32,000 nucleotides of DNA from Candidatus Electrothrix yaqonensis (GCA_047651235.1 CP178758.1:2160001-2192000), one strand, 5' to 3'. Shown: positions 17,247 to 26,539, counted from the stretch's first letter. A program made the numbers and translations. Notes: a model not told the origin generated them from the sequence alone.

Positions 17247-18749
17247 ATGGCTCAGGTACGCAAGGCCAAAAACAGGAACGGAACCTCTGTCGAATATGTT
17301 GATGAGATCATCGGTTCCGGCGGGATGAAGGATGTTTATTTCACCCCGGACCGCAAGAATGTTGTTGCTTTCTTCCGGGACAAGCAGGATCGTCAGGCTC
17401 TGGAACGCCTTGAAATGATCACCGGCACCTATCGTGAAAAAATTTTCAATCAGGACGGCGGTGCGTACTGGGAGAACCTGTTCCGCTGGCCCACCGAGCT
17501 GGTTGAAGATGAGGATGGCAAAGTGGGTGTGATTGTGCCAACCTATCAGGATCATTTCTTTTTTACCACCGGTTCCATTAATAACGATTTTCTGCAGATT
17601 AAAGGCAGAGAAAAAGAGGGCAAATGGTTTGCTTCGCCAACCAACCGAAACCAGTATCTTGACCCTGCGGAACGCGGCACCTGGCTGGACTACCTGCGTA
17701 TCTCCATTCTGCTCAGCCGGGCGGTGCGGCGGATGCACGCGGCAGGGCTGGCCCATTCCGACCTCTCGTATAAAAATGTCCTGATCGATCCGGTCGGCGG
17801 CAATGCCTGTATTATTGACATTGACGGCCTAGTGGTGCCGGGGAAATTTCCGCCTGATGTGGTGGGCACGCCTGATTTTATTGCTCCGGAAGTCATTGCC
17901 ACGGCCCATCTGGACAGGCAGGATCCGCAGCGGAAACTGCCGTCCATCTATACCGACCGCCATGCCCTGGCCGTGCTGATCTACATGTACCTCCTTCTGC
18001 GCCATCCCTTACGCGGGGATAAGGTGCATGATCTTGACGAGCCGCAGCGCGATGAAGACCTGTCCATGGGCGAGCGCGCCTTATTTGTTGAGCATCCCAC
18101 GGATCAGTCCAACCGGATCAAAACAGAGTATCTCAGGCCCCTGGAAAAACCGTGGAAAGATACAGCCGCCCTGCCCTGTCAGATCGTCGGCCCGTATCTG
18201 GAAAAATTGTTTCACCAGGCCTTTATTGACGGGCTGCACTGTCCGGAAAAACGGCCCACAGCCGATGAATGGGAACAGGCTCTGGTCAGGAGCGTGGATC
18301 TGCTTCAGCCCTGCGTCAATCCCGAATGCGCCCAGAAATGGTATGTGTTCGATAATACAAAATCCCCGAAATGTCCCTTCTGCGGCACCAGATACACGGG
18401 CAAGCTGCCGGTGCTGAATCTGTACTCCAGCCGGCATGGCGGCAAGTTTCTGCCGGATAATCACCGCCTGATGGTCTATACCGGTCAGTCGCTTTTTCGG
18501 TGGCATGTGAACCGGACAGTGGTGCCCAACGAACGCCTGACTCCAAAAGACCGGCAGCGGGTCGGGTATTTCATCTTTCACAACAACAACTGGCTCTTGG
18601 TCAATGAACGGATGCCCGGCTTAATTGACCTGAGTACAAAGCAGCCGGTTCCGGCGGGCGGTAAGATTGTGCTTAAAGAGGGCCGCCAGATTTTGTTTTC
18701 CAAAGAAAACGGCGGTCGACTGGCTCTGGTCCAGCTTGTGGATGCGTAA
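17247..18749 (+). CDS. Atypical Ser/Thr protein kinase with C-terminal zinc ribbon and FHA-like beta-sandwich
   Basis: Kinase motifs: IGSGGMKDVY (Gly loop), HSDLSYKNVLID (catalytic loop), IIDIDG (DFG-equivalent) and GTPDFIAPEV (APE). The Zn ribbon CVNPEC...CPFC follows, then a tail (GQSLFRWHV...FHNNNWLLVNERMPGLIDLSTKQPVPAGGKIVLKEGRQILF) with an FHA-like pattern. Start set at ATG 17247, after GGAGGAGG. Confidence 0.8.
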   Translation: MAQVRKAKNRNGTSVEYVDEIIGSGGMKDVYFTPDRKNVVAFFRDKQDRQALERLEMITGTYREKIFNQDGGAYWENLFRWPTELVEDEDGKVGVIVPTYQDHFFFTTGSINNDFLQIKGREKEGKWFASPTNRNQYLDPAERGTWLDYLRISILLSRAVRRMHAAGLAHSDLSYKNVLIDPVGGNACIIDIDGLVVPGKFPPDVVGTPDFIAPEVIATAHLDRQDPQRKLPSIYTDRHALAVLIYMYLLLRHPLRGDKVHDLDEPQRDEDLSMGERALFVEHPTDQSNRIKTEYLRPLEKPWKDTAALPCQIVGPYLEKLFHQAFIDGLHCPEKRPTADEWEQALVRSVDLLQPCVNPECAQKWYVFDNTKSPKCPFCGTRYTGKLPVLNLYSSRHGGKFLPDNHRLMVYTGQSLFRWHVNRTVVPNERLTPKDRQRVGYFIFHNNNWLLVNERMPGLIDLSTKQPVPAGGKIVLKEGRQILFSKENGGRLALVQLVDA

Positions 18750-18787
18750 TTCTGAACCATATTCAACCTCAAGGAGAATAAACTGAT

Positions 18788-21466
18788 ATGTATCATTTTA
18801 AAGGGCTTACCCGGCAGGAAATCGAGGCCTCGCGTATAAAACACGGTTCAAACCAGCTCAGCGCGGTTGAAACAGAGACCTTCTGGGACAAACTGCTGGA
18901 CAATTTTAAAGATCCCATGATCATCATCCTGACCATTGCCCTGGTTATCGTCACGATACTGGCCGCATTCGGGCAGACAGAATGGTATGAAGGAGTGGGT
19001 ATTGCCTTTGCTGTTGTCTTGGCCACCTTGGTAGCCACGGCATCAGAATTTAAAAACGAGCAGACCTTTCAAAAGCTCCAGGAGGAAGCCTCCAAAATAC
19101 AGATCAATGTCTTCCGGGAGGACAGCGTTACGGTTGTCGGCATTGATGACGTCGTTGTCGGTGATGTTATCCTGCTCCAGCCGGGCGATAAAATTCCGGC
19201 GGACGGCAGGATTCTTGAGGGAAAAGTGGCTGTGAGCCAGGCTGCGCTGACCGGTGAACCTGAACCCCGGGGCAAAACTCCGGGAGAGGCGGATGTCTCA
19301 GATCTGGAAGATGCCCATGCCGTGTTCAGAGGAACCGTGATCGAGGACGGCGAGGCCGTTATGGAAGTGCTGCAGGTTGGTGATAACACCCATCTGGGCA
19401 GACTGGCTGAAGAACTGGAAACCGATGAACGTATGGGACCGCTCCGGGTCAAGCTGGCGCGGCTGGCGCACGGGATTGCCGTGTTCGGTTACATTACCGC
19501 CCCGCTGATCGCTCTGGCCTTCCTGTTCAAGGCGGTCTATCTGGACAACAGCGGCGACATGTCAGCGATAGCAGCGTATGCAGCCGACTGGACGCATCTA
19601 CTCTCTGATATTGTCAAAGCCCTGATTCTTGCTGTCATCATTATTGTGGTGGCGGTTCCTGAAGGACTGCCCATGATGATCGCCATTGTCTTGGCTCAGA
19701 ACATGCGCAAGCTGCTCAGGTCCAATGTCCTGGTCCGGCAACTGCTGGGGGTGGAGACCTCAGGCAGCCTGAACCTACTTTTTACTGATAAAACCGGAAC
19801 GGTTACCAAAGGCCTGTTGGAAACCGTGGGCTTTCTGACTGTAGCAGATACGGACATGAAGGATGCGGTAAGACAGTATGACAGTTTTGAAAAATTGCCG
19901 GAACAGAATGCTAGGCTGCTGGATCTGTCGCTGCGGGAAAATACCTCCAGTGTGGTGAACTGCAAGGCAACTACAGAGTCCGAACGGATTGTGGGCGGCA
20001 ACAGTACGGACCGGGCTTTGCTGAAATTTGTCCATGCAGAGAGCACAGAATGTCAGTATGAGGAGAAAACCACGGAAAAAGTGGATGAACTGCTCTTTAA
20101 TTCGACCAGAAAATTTTCCGCAGTCCGCATCAGAAAAGAAGACGGCCAGGAAATGACCCTGATCAAGGGAGCGCCGGAAAAAATCTTTGCGCAATGCGGC
20201 TCTTTTTATGATAGTCAGGGCAATGTTGCTCCCCTTCCGGCAGAGCGAAAAACAGCCATTGTCCAGACCATTGACAGCAGAACCGATGAGGGATTCCGCC
20301 TGATCGCGGTTGCGGTGACCGAGGAACCAATCCCGGCAAATCTGGATGCGATGACAGGTCAGCTGACCCTGCTGGGATTTGCCATGATCCGCGATGATCT
20401 ACGGCCGGAAGCAGCTGACACAGTGAAAGAACTCCACAGTGCCGGGATCCAGGTGGTCATGATCACCGGTGACCGTAAAGGCACGGCTCAGGCCATTGCC
20501 AAAGAGGCAGGCCTAATCACCTCTCCGGACGATGTTGTCCTGACCTCGGATGAAATGGCCGACCTCTCTGATGATGCCTTAAAGAAGATTATCCCGAATC
20601 TGAAAGTTGTCTCCAGATGCCTTCCTTCGGATAAATCCCGCCTCGTCAAAGTAACCCAGGAAATGGGCCTGGTGGTCGGCATGACCGGAGACGGGGTCAA
20701 TGACAGTCCGGCCCTGAGCAGTGCGGATATCGGCTTCGGCCTGGGAAGCGGCACTGAAGTGGCCAAAGAGGCCTCGGATATCGTGGTGCTTGACGACAAT
20801 ATCCAGTCCATTGCTAATGCGGTTCATTACGGCCGGACGATCTACCATTCCATCCAGAAATTTATCACCTTTCAGCTTACCGTCAATGTGGCGGCAATTT
20901 CCATCGCCTTCCTCGGCCCCTTCTTAGGTTTTGAGCTGCCCCTGACCATGATCCAGCTGCTCTGGGTCAACCTGATTATGGATACCTTGGCTGCTCTGGC
21001 CTTTTCCGGTGAGCCGCCTCTGCCGGAATACATGGAGGAAAAACCGAAAGAGCGGGAAGAACATATCATCACCTCAAGGATGTGGCAGTCCATTTTGGGC
21101 AACGGCTTTTTCATGACCGCAGTCTGTGTCCTGTTTTTGAAAGCATCTTTTGTTCACAACCTGTTTGCCAGCGAGGAGGTCTTTATGACCGCCTTTTTCG
21201 GAATATTTGTCTTCCTGAACAACTTCAACAAGTTTAATGTCCGGGTGGAGGACTGGAAGCTGTTTGATCATCTTTCCGCCAACAAAGGATTTTTACAGGT
21301 GGTCGGAATGATTTTTCTGATCCAGATAGTTATCACCTATATCGGCGGCGAGGTGTTCCGGACTGTTGCTTTGGGAGTACAGGACTGGTTCTGGGTTATT
21401 GTGTTTTCCATTGTTATTGTTCCCTTTGATCTTGCAAGAAAAAGTCTTTTCAACAAGAATAAGTAA
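18788..21466 (+). CDS. Ca2+-translocating P-type ATPase (P2B/PMCA-LMCA1-like, single-site type)
   Basis: N-terminal GLTRQEIEASRIKHGSNQL, TGEPEP, TM4 VPEGLPMM, the phosphorylation site DKTGTVT, MITGD, TGDGVNDSPAL, TM5 FQLTVNVAAISIAF (Ala where SERCA has Glu771) and TM6 LWVNLIMDTLAAL. Confidence 0.88.
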   Translation: MYHFKGLTRQEIEASRIKHGSNQLSAVETETFWDKLLDNFKDPMIIILTIALVIVTILAAFGQTEWYEGVGIAFAVVLATLVATASEFKNEQTFQKLQEEASKIQINVFREDSVTVVGIDDVVVGDVILLQPGDKIPADGRILEGKVAVSQAALTGEPEPRGKTPGEADVSDLEDAHAVFRGTVIEDGEAVMEVLQVGDNTHLGRLAEELETDERMGPLRVKLARLAHGIAVFGYITAPLIALAFLFKAVYLDNSGDMSAIAAYAADWTHLLSDIVKALILAVIIIVVAVPEGLPMMIAIVLAQNMRKLLRSNVLVRQLLGVETSGSLNLLFTDKTGTVTKGLLETVGFLTVADTDMKDAVRQYDSFEKLPEQNARLLDLSLRENTSSVVNCKATTESERIVGGNSTDRALLKFVHAESTECQYEEKTTEKVDELLFNSTRKFSAVRIRKEDGQEMTLIKGAPEKIFAQCGSFYDSQGNVAPLPAERKTAIVQTIDSRTDEGFRLIAVAVTEEPIPANLDAMTGQLTLLGFAMIRDDLRPEAADTVKELHSAGIQVVMITGDRKGTAQAIAKEAGLITSPDDVVLTSDEMADLSDDALKKIIPNLKVVSRCLPSDKSRLVKVTQEMGLVVGMTGDGVNDSPALSSADIGFGLGSGTEVAKEASDIVVLDDNIQSIANAVHYGRTIYHSIQKFITFQLTVNVAAISIAFLGPFLGFELPLTMIQLLWVNLIMDTLAALAFSGEPPLPEYMEEKPKEREEHIITSRMWQSILGNGFFMTAVCVLFLKASFVHNLFASEEVFMTAFFGIFVFLNNFNKFNVRVEDWKLFDHLSANKGFLQVVGMIFLIQIVITYIGGEVFRTVALGVQDWFWVIVFSIVIVPFDLARKSLFNKNK

Positions 21467-21511
21467 TTCCTGCCGAACAGACGCGAAGGCGTCCGCAGGA
21501 GCAATCTTCAT

Positions 21512-21558
21512 CCCGGACTGATCTCTCATCCGTCATCAGTCCGGGGCAGTACTTTTTT
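21512..21558 (+). terminator. Rho-independent terminator after the ATPase gene
   Basis: A perfect 11-bp stem pairs CCCGGACTGAT (21512-21522) with ATCAGTCCGGG (21535-21545) around a 12-nt loop. T6 lies at 21553-21558. Confidence 0.65.
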
Positions 21559-21578
21559 CCGTTGATCCTTGATAAACG

Positions 21579-22592
21579 ATGATAAACCATGCGCGATTTT
21601 TTTTTATACAGCGAGATAACAATCCTTTACGAAAAGAGGCATTTACCGCTTCTTTCCTCGGCAAACTGCATCCGGCCCGGCTCCCGCATCTGCAGCGCGG
21701 GAGCTGCTGTCTGGCCCGGTTACTCCGGGCATCCCTTGCCGAACTCCCGGTTTCCGGTAATGTCCTGCTCATCGGTCTGACAGAATCCGGCATTGTTCCT
21801 TCTTTTCTGATGTATCTGGAAGCCTGTCAATTAAACATTCCATGCCGATGGATCTGTTCAACCCGCCGGCTAGGTGAATCCGGGGTCGTTTTTGAGGAAA
21901 CACACTCGCACAGCCCGAATCATACCCTACCGATACCGGAGGCCAGTTTCTCGGAAGTCTGGATTGTCGAAGATGAAATCACCACAGGCCGGACAATACA
22001 GAATCTCCTGCACCAGCTCCAGGATCATGTTGCCGCCCAGATCTTCCGCATATTTTCTCTGGTGGATTTCCGGTCTGCACAGCAGCAGCAAGGTTTTTTA
22101 TCGTTGTTGGATGATCAGACAACAACATATCTTTTTCATACGGCCGTCCATTTGTCCGATATGCAGGGCGACAGCGCTGACTATCCGGATGACTTGGCAG
22201 AAAAAAGCACATATTCATCCGGATATCCTGAATATCTGCTCCCGAAGTTAGCCCCGTCATGCGGTCTGCGATGGAATCAGATACCGCCGGAATCTGCCGA
22301 TGCAACTCTGTTTGTTCTTGGGGAAGCAGTGCATACAGCAGTGCTGCTGGTGGCTGCCGGGAAATTCCGGGATTTTCAGCACATCACCCTCAGTCCGTGG
22401 CTGGTGGATGCATGCAGTATCAGGAGCAGAATAGACCTGCCCGGAAAGCATTATCTCTATAATACAACGAAGCAGGAACTCCGGTCGCCTGTCTTTCTCC
22501 TGCACGATCCGGCAGATCAGGCGATGAGCAGCAAAGTACACAGGGAGCTGGAAGGACAGGGCATACCTGTTCAGCAACTGCACCTTTTATAA
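21579..22592 (+). CDS. Ter-associated phosphoribosyltransferase (PRTase_2 + TRSP-type architecture)
   Basis: PRPP-binding loop VWIVEDEITTGRTIQNLL. Upstream are FLGKLHPARLP and LLIGLTESGIVPS. The C-terminal ~150 aa extension is consistent with the TRSP domain seen C-terminal to this PRTase class in Ter loci. The first in-frame start is 21579, and no SD is evident. Confidence 0.65.
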   Translation: MINHARFFFIQRDNNPLRKEAFTASFLGKLHPARLPHLQRGSCCLARLLRASLAELPVSGNVLLIGLTESGIVPSFLMYLEACQLNIPCRWICSTRRLGESGVVFEETHSHSPNHTLPIPEASFSEVWIVEDEITTGRTIQNLLHQLQDHVAAQIFRIFSLVDFRSAQQQQGFLSLLDDQTTTYLFHTAVHLSDMQGDSADYPDDLAEKSTYSSGYPEYLLPKLAPSCGLRWNQIPPESADATLFVLGEAVHTAVLLVAAGKFRDFQHITLSPWLVDACSIRSRIDLPGKHYLYNTTKQELRSPVFLLHDPADQAMSSKVHRELEGQGIPVQQLHLL

Positions 22593-22620
22593 TTTCTACA
22601 ACCCTCAGCAATCAGATACC

Positions 22621-23622
22621 ATGCAGCAGGCAATCCTTCCGGATGCGGAAAACAATTTCTGGCAACAGTATATTTATGTCGATCTGCGGGAAGAGGTGCA
22701 TCCTTTTAACGAAATGCACCGCTTCCGCAGATTGGAACAGGCCTACACCGGCGAAAACACCTTCTGGTCCATTCCTTCTCCGGAACCGGATCTGGATGAT
22801 ACCTTCTGGCAGCATGTGCATGACCAGCTGGACAATAAACAGATCCGGAGGGCAGCACAGCAGCTGGCTGCCGTCATTCTACAGTGGGAAGCGGATCCGG
22901 AGCAGCTTATTTTTGTCGCCATTCTCAGGGCCGGGGTGCCTATTGCAAAGTGGCTCTGTCAGATGCTGCCCGGAGCAGTGAGTGCCGCCATATCGCTTTT
23001 TGTCGGCATCGGCATTGACCGGCAGGCCCTGGCCCGGCTGCAGGCAGATTTCCCGGACCGGAAGATTGTTTTTGTTGACGGTTGGACAGGGCGCGGCGGG
23101 GTTGCCAGAGAACTTGCCCGGCTTGATAAAGGGCCTTTGGCGGTGCTCAATGATCCCTGGGGCTGGGCAGATTTTTCCGGCATTCAGGAGGATATATTCT
23201 GCCCTTCCGCCTGTTTCACCGGCCTGACAACGCTTGGTTTTTCCAGAACCTTTTTTGTGGATGAGCAGCATTTCTTTGCTGCGTACAGATTTCCGGAATC
23301 CCACACCCGCAAAGATCTGGTTGATGCTTGGTGCACAGCCGGACCTGCACAGCCGACCCGCCCTGCTGCGGAAAAATGCAGACATTTTCATCAGGAAACC
23401 GAGCTGCGTATCCACAGCAATGAAGTCTGCCGGGCCTTGATTAATGCTGCGCCCAAGACCCTCTTTTTTACGGATGACGCCCGATATGCTGAGGAGCACT
23501 TCCCTCTGCTGCTGCTTCTGGCGGAACAGCGGGGCGTACCGGTGGAGTATAATCAGACATTTTTAAATAAATATCGTACCCGCGCTGCCTGTTCTCTGCG
23601 TATTGAACAGCTGAAAGCCTAA
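22621..23622 (+). CDS. Ter-associated phosphoribosyltransferase, PRTase_1 type (family often mis-annotated as cysteine protease StiP)
   Basis: LIFVAILRAGVPIAKWL and the PRPP-loop-like IVFVDGWTGRGGVAREL. Size (~330 aa) and its position next to the other PRTase match the Ter biosynthetic module as I remember it. Confidence 0.6.
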   Translation: MQQAILPDAENNFWQQYIYVDLREEVHPFNEMHRFRRLEQAYTGENTFWSIPSPEPDLDDTFWQHVHDQLDNKQIRRAAQQLAAVILQWEADPEQLIFVAILRAGVPIAKWLCQMLPGAVSAAISLFVGIGIDRQALARLQADFPDRKIVFVDGWTGRGGVARELARLDKGPLAVLNDPWGWADFSGIQEDIFCPSACFTGLTTLGFSRTFFVDEQHFFAAYRFPESHTRKDLVDAWCTAGPAQPTRPAAEKCRHFHQETELRIHSNEVCRALINAAPKTLFFTDDARYAEEHFPLLLLLAEQRGVPVEYNQTFLNKYRTRAACSLRIEQLKA

Positions 23623-23672
23623 GATTATACTTGTATAAAATGGATAAATAAAACAAGAACAAGGAGGCTGAT

Positions 23673-24428
23673 ATGGCAGTATGTGTTTTTTGTAAACAGG
23701 AAGAAGGAAATCCGTCCTGTGCGTTCTGTAAAGGTAAAGGAACTCCCGCGACAAAGAAGAGAGCTTCTTCTGCTGAAAAAACGAATACACCCATCCCTAA
23801 ACAGACTGGCCAGATATCTCTCAAGAAAGGCGGTCGCCCTGTTCTTATTCAAAAAACACCTAAAATTACAGCAACTGTCTCCTGGAAAAGCGGCACAGAT
23901 TATGACATATATGCTCTGGTTATGCTTAAAAACGGGGAAGAAATTGCAGTTGCAACATTTGGTGCCATTTTAAAAGAGAAAGGATTGTTTGGGAAAAAAC
24001 ATAGGATTCCTCCCCTTATGAACTTTGGAAACGGTGCGGTAAGTCATCGTGGTGACGTCGTAGGCCGTGGCTCAGAAAAAGGCTTTGAGATTATTGATAT
24101 TCGACTAAATGACGATATTGTTGCAGTTGTTCCAGTGGCGTATTCTGCACAGTCAAACGGGACAGGGTCCTTCTACCGTTACCGTGTTACATTGGAAATT
24201 AACAACAATCAAGGAACGACCGTCACTCTTCCGGCTGAAACTGCGAACAATAATGATCTTATTTATACTTGTGTACCGGGGATTATCTATAATTATCCGA
24301 ACGGCATTCAAATTGAAGCACTTGAACTCTACAGTAAACCAGGTTCTGAGAATCGACCAAAACTCCAGCTTGACAACAACAAAGTTACTGTGCTGATGGA
24401 TATGGGAGCAAAAAATGAATATAAATGA
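23673..24428 (+). CDS. Divergent TerD-domain protein with N-terminal CxxC-x8-CxxCxGxG zinc knuckle
   Basis: N-terminus MAVCVFCKQEEGNPSCAFCKGKG, then a basic linker, then a TerD-like core (ISLKKGGRPVLI...ATVSWKSGTDYDIYALVMLKNG...HRGDVVGRGSEKGFEIIDIRL...YRYRVTL). A strong SD (AAGGAGG) is present. The gene looks AT-richer than its neighbours by eye. Confidence 0.65.
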   Translation: MAVCVFCKQEEGNPSCAFCKGKGTPATKKRASSAEKTNTPIPKQTGQISLKKGGRPVLIQKTPKITATVSWKSGTDYDIYALVMLKNGEEIAVATFGAILKEKGLFGKKHRIPPLMNFGNGAVSHRGDVVGRGSEKGFEIIDIRLNDDIVAVVPVAYSAQSNGTGSFYRYRVTLEINNNQGTTVTLPAETANNNDLIYTCVPGIIYNYPNGIQIEALELYSKPGSENRPKLQLDNNKVTVLMDMGAKNEYK

Positions 24429-24458
24429 ATATCCAACCCCAACTCGCTGGATCTGCTG

Positions 24459-25205
24459 ATGAGAAAAAACACACTGCATTCGCAGAATAAAGCCGTTGCC
24501 GTTGATCTTGACGGTACCTTGGTGCATACGGTGCCGGGGGAATATACCATACCGGGGCGCTCCGGAAACTGTTATCTGTCGCATCGGGCAGTTGAGTTGT
24601 TAGCCGAAATCAGCCGCACCCTGCCGACCTTTATTACAACCGGCAGGAATGCGGCGAGCGTTCAGAAGATAATCCGGCATCTTGAAAAGGTACGTTTTGT
24701 GGGCTTTATCCTGGAAAATGGTTTTGTGGTCAAAAAGGACCTCCGCAGCCCTGATCCTCGAAAAGAGAAGTGGAAATTTGCAGACAAGGTACCGCCGGAC
24801 TGGGAACCCATTCCGGGGTATGAGCGTTCTGCCGGGTTTATCCTGCCCAGAGGACAGAAAAATCCGGCAGAGCTTGTCCGGAATCTATTAAAAGAGACTC
24901 GGGAGCAGGGGTATATCCATTTAAACCAACCGAAAATTTTTGTCTATCCTCAGGAGCCGGATAAAATGCAGGGGCTTGCCGAATTCAATGTCCGGCCGCA
25001 CATAGCACTGGGGAACGATATCAACGATACCCAGCTGATGCAGGCAAGTACCTATCCGGTTACTTTACAGGCTGCACATTCTTCCATCAAAAAAATAGCA
25101 GAAAAAAAGGACGGATACTGTTCACCCTTTGCCGACCATGCCGCAGCAGAGGATATGCTGCGCTGGGCCTGCACCAAGTTATCTGCCCTGTCTTCCTCGT
25201 CCTGA
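24459..25205 (+). CDS. HAD-superfamily phosphatase (Cof/IIB-like)
   Basis: Motif I VAVDLDGTLV, motif II ITTGRN, motif IV LGNDINDTQLM. Confidence 0.75.
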   Translation: MRKNTLHSQNKAVAVDLDGTLVHTVPGEYTIPGRSGNCYLSHRAVELLAEISRTLPTFITTGRNAASVQKIIRHLEKVRFVGFILENGFVVKKDLRSPDPRKEKWKFADKVPPDWEPIPGYERSAGFILPRGQKNPAELVRNLLKETREQGYIHLNQPKIFVYPQEPDKMQGLAEFNVRPHIALGNDINDTQLMQASTYPVTLQAAHSSIKKIAEKKDGYCSPFADHAAAEDMLRWACTKLSALSSSS

Positions 25206-25220
25206 CCTTCCCCTGATCTC

Positions 25221-26525
25221 ATGCGGGATAATGAACATATCACGAGTAATATAAAAGAGTTTCCCGATTCATTCTATCTGCCGAAATATGCAGATGATAT
25301 GTTGTCCCGATACGGAAAACATATTGACATTCTCCTGTCCGAAGGCATCCGCCCCCTTCCGGAACGGCTAACCGCTTTCTTTGCCGTCTCGCCTCAGGGA
25401 AGGTATACAAAAAAAGGAATGGATCAGGCCTTTGTTGCTGCGGAAGGGTTCTCGGGCGTCAACCCCGGTGAACAGGCGGATTATGACCAGGGGGTTCCTC
25501 GGCTGACCGAAGTGGATGTCAGCAGGGCCTTGCAGAAAAATCCGGCCAACAGGCAATGGCTTGTCCTGAGCCTGGAGCGCACAGCGCAGAGATACGGCCT
25601 TGCTCTGTCCGGTGATCTCATACAGAGTAGCTCGCAGTTACTTGATTTTTTGTATCATGAAATTTCGTTCTGGGAGGCAGACAGCTTTCCGTTGGATGCC
25701 ATGATGGACCTGACCAATCAATACCACTGGACCTTCCGATCAGATGCCTGGTCGTTGCGGGAACAGCTGCGGCGGGAGGCCCTGATTATCCATGCTGCCT
25801 GGAAAGAACTGCTCAGACTGTCCCGTCAGCATCCCCTCTTCCTCATCCTTAACCAGGCGACCCCCACGGATTATTTCTGCAGTGCATTACCGCAGGGTGC
25901 ATCCCTGTTTGCACAAGGGACTGATCAGAGTGAGCAGCAGATCCTTGTCTCTGCGGACATCAAGATATCCTCTTCCGAGCACCGGGATACTCTCCAGAAA
26001 ACCTCTGAAGGCGATGCGCTTGAGCAGGCAGTGGAGATCGCCTGTACCGTACAGCGGGTTCCTGTTGTATGTGATCTGTCACGCCGTCGTTTTCCGCGTT
26101 CTTTCCTGCGAATAGCCCGATTTGCCCAGTGCAGAGGCTGGGGGATCCAGCCGCTGGGCAAGCTGGCAGACCCTGCAGCAACACAGCTGCCGCAGGCAAA
26201 ATCCTGTTCCGGCTTTCCGGTCCTGTCCGGTCATCCTGAGCTGCTCCTGTTTGACCCGTGGCCTATCTCGGATACGCAGATCGTGCCGGAACTGCCTCCG
26301 GATATTTCGGATAGGTTTGTGACTGCTCCGCAGACAAAACCCTGGCAGGATGATCGGATCGGGGCAAGAAATGAGCTGGAAATGGATGAACACGGACAGT
26401 ACCGTGCCGGAGCGCAAAGCTGGGTACTGCCTGTTCCGGGCGGCTGGATGCGGGTGCATGATCTGTTCAAAAGTCGCATGGCCCGGTTCCTGCGCGGGAT
26501 GGATTCGTCGCTGTATATTATCTAG
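25221..26525 (+). CDS. Hypothetical protein, 434 aa, no recognisable domain
   Basis: A long ORF tightly packed between the two HAD genes (15-nt and 14-nt gaps). Its codon usage resembles that of its neighbours. I see no motif I can assign. Confidence 0.6.
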   Translation: MRDNEHITSNIKEFPDSFYLPKYADDMLSRYGKHIDILLSEGIRPLPERLTAFFAVSPQGRYTKKGMDQAFVAAEGFSGVNPGEQADYDQGVPRLTEVDVSRALQKNPANRQWLVLSLERTAQRYGLALSGDLIQSSSQLLDFLYHEISFWEADSFPLDAMMDLTNQYHWTFRSDAWSLREQLRREALIIHAAWKELLRLSRQHPLFLILNQATPTDYFCSALPQGASLFAQGTDQSEQQILVSADIKISSSEHRDTLQKTSEGDALEQAVEIACTVQRVPVVCDLSRRRFPRSFLRIARFAQCRGWGIQPLGKLADPAATQLPQAKSCSGFPVLSGHPELLLFDPWPISDTQIVPELPPDISDRFVTAPQTKPWQDDRIGARNELEMDEHGQYRAGAQSWVLPVPGGWMRVHDLFKSRMARFLRGMDSSLYII

Positions 26526-26539
26526 AAATCTGAACACTT

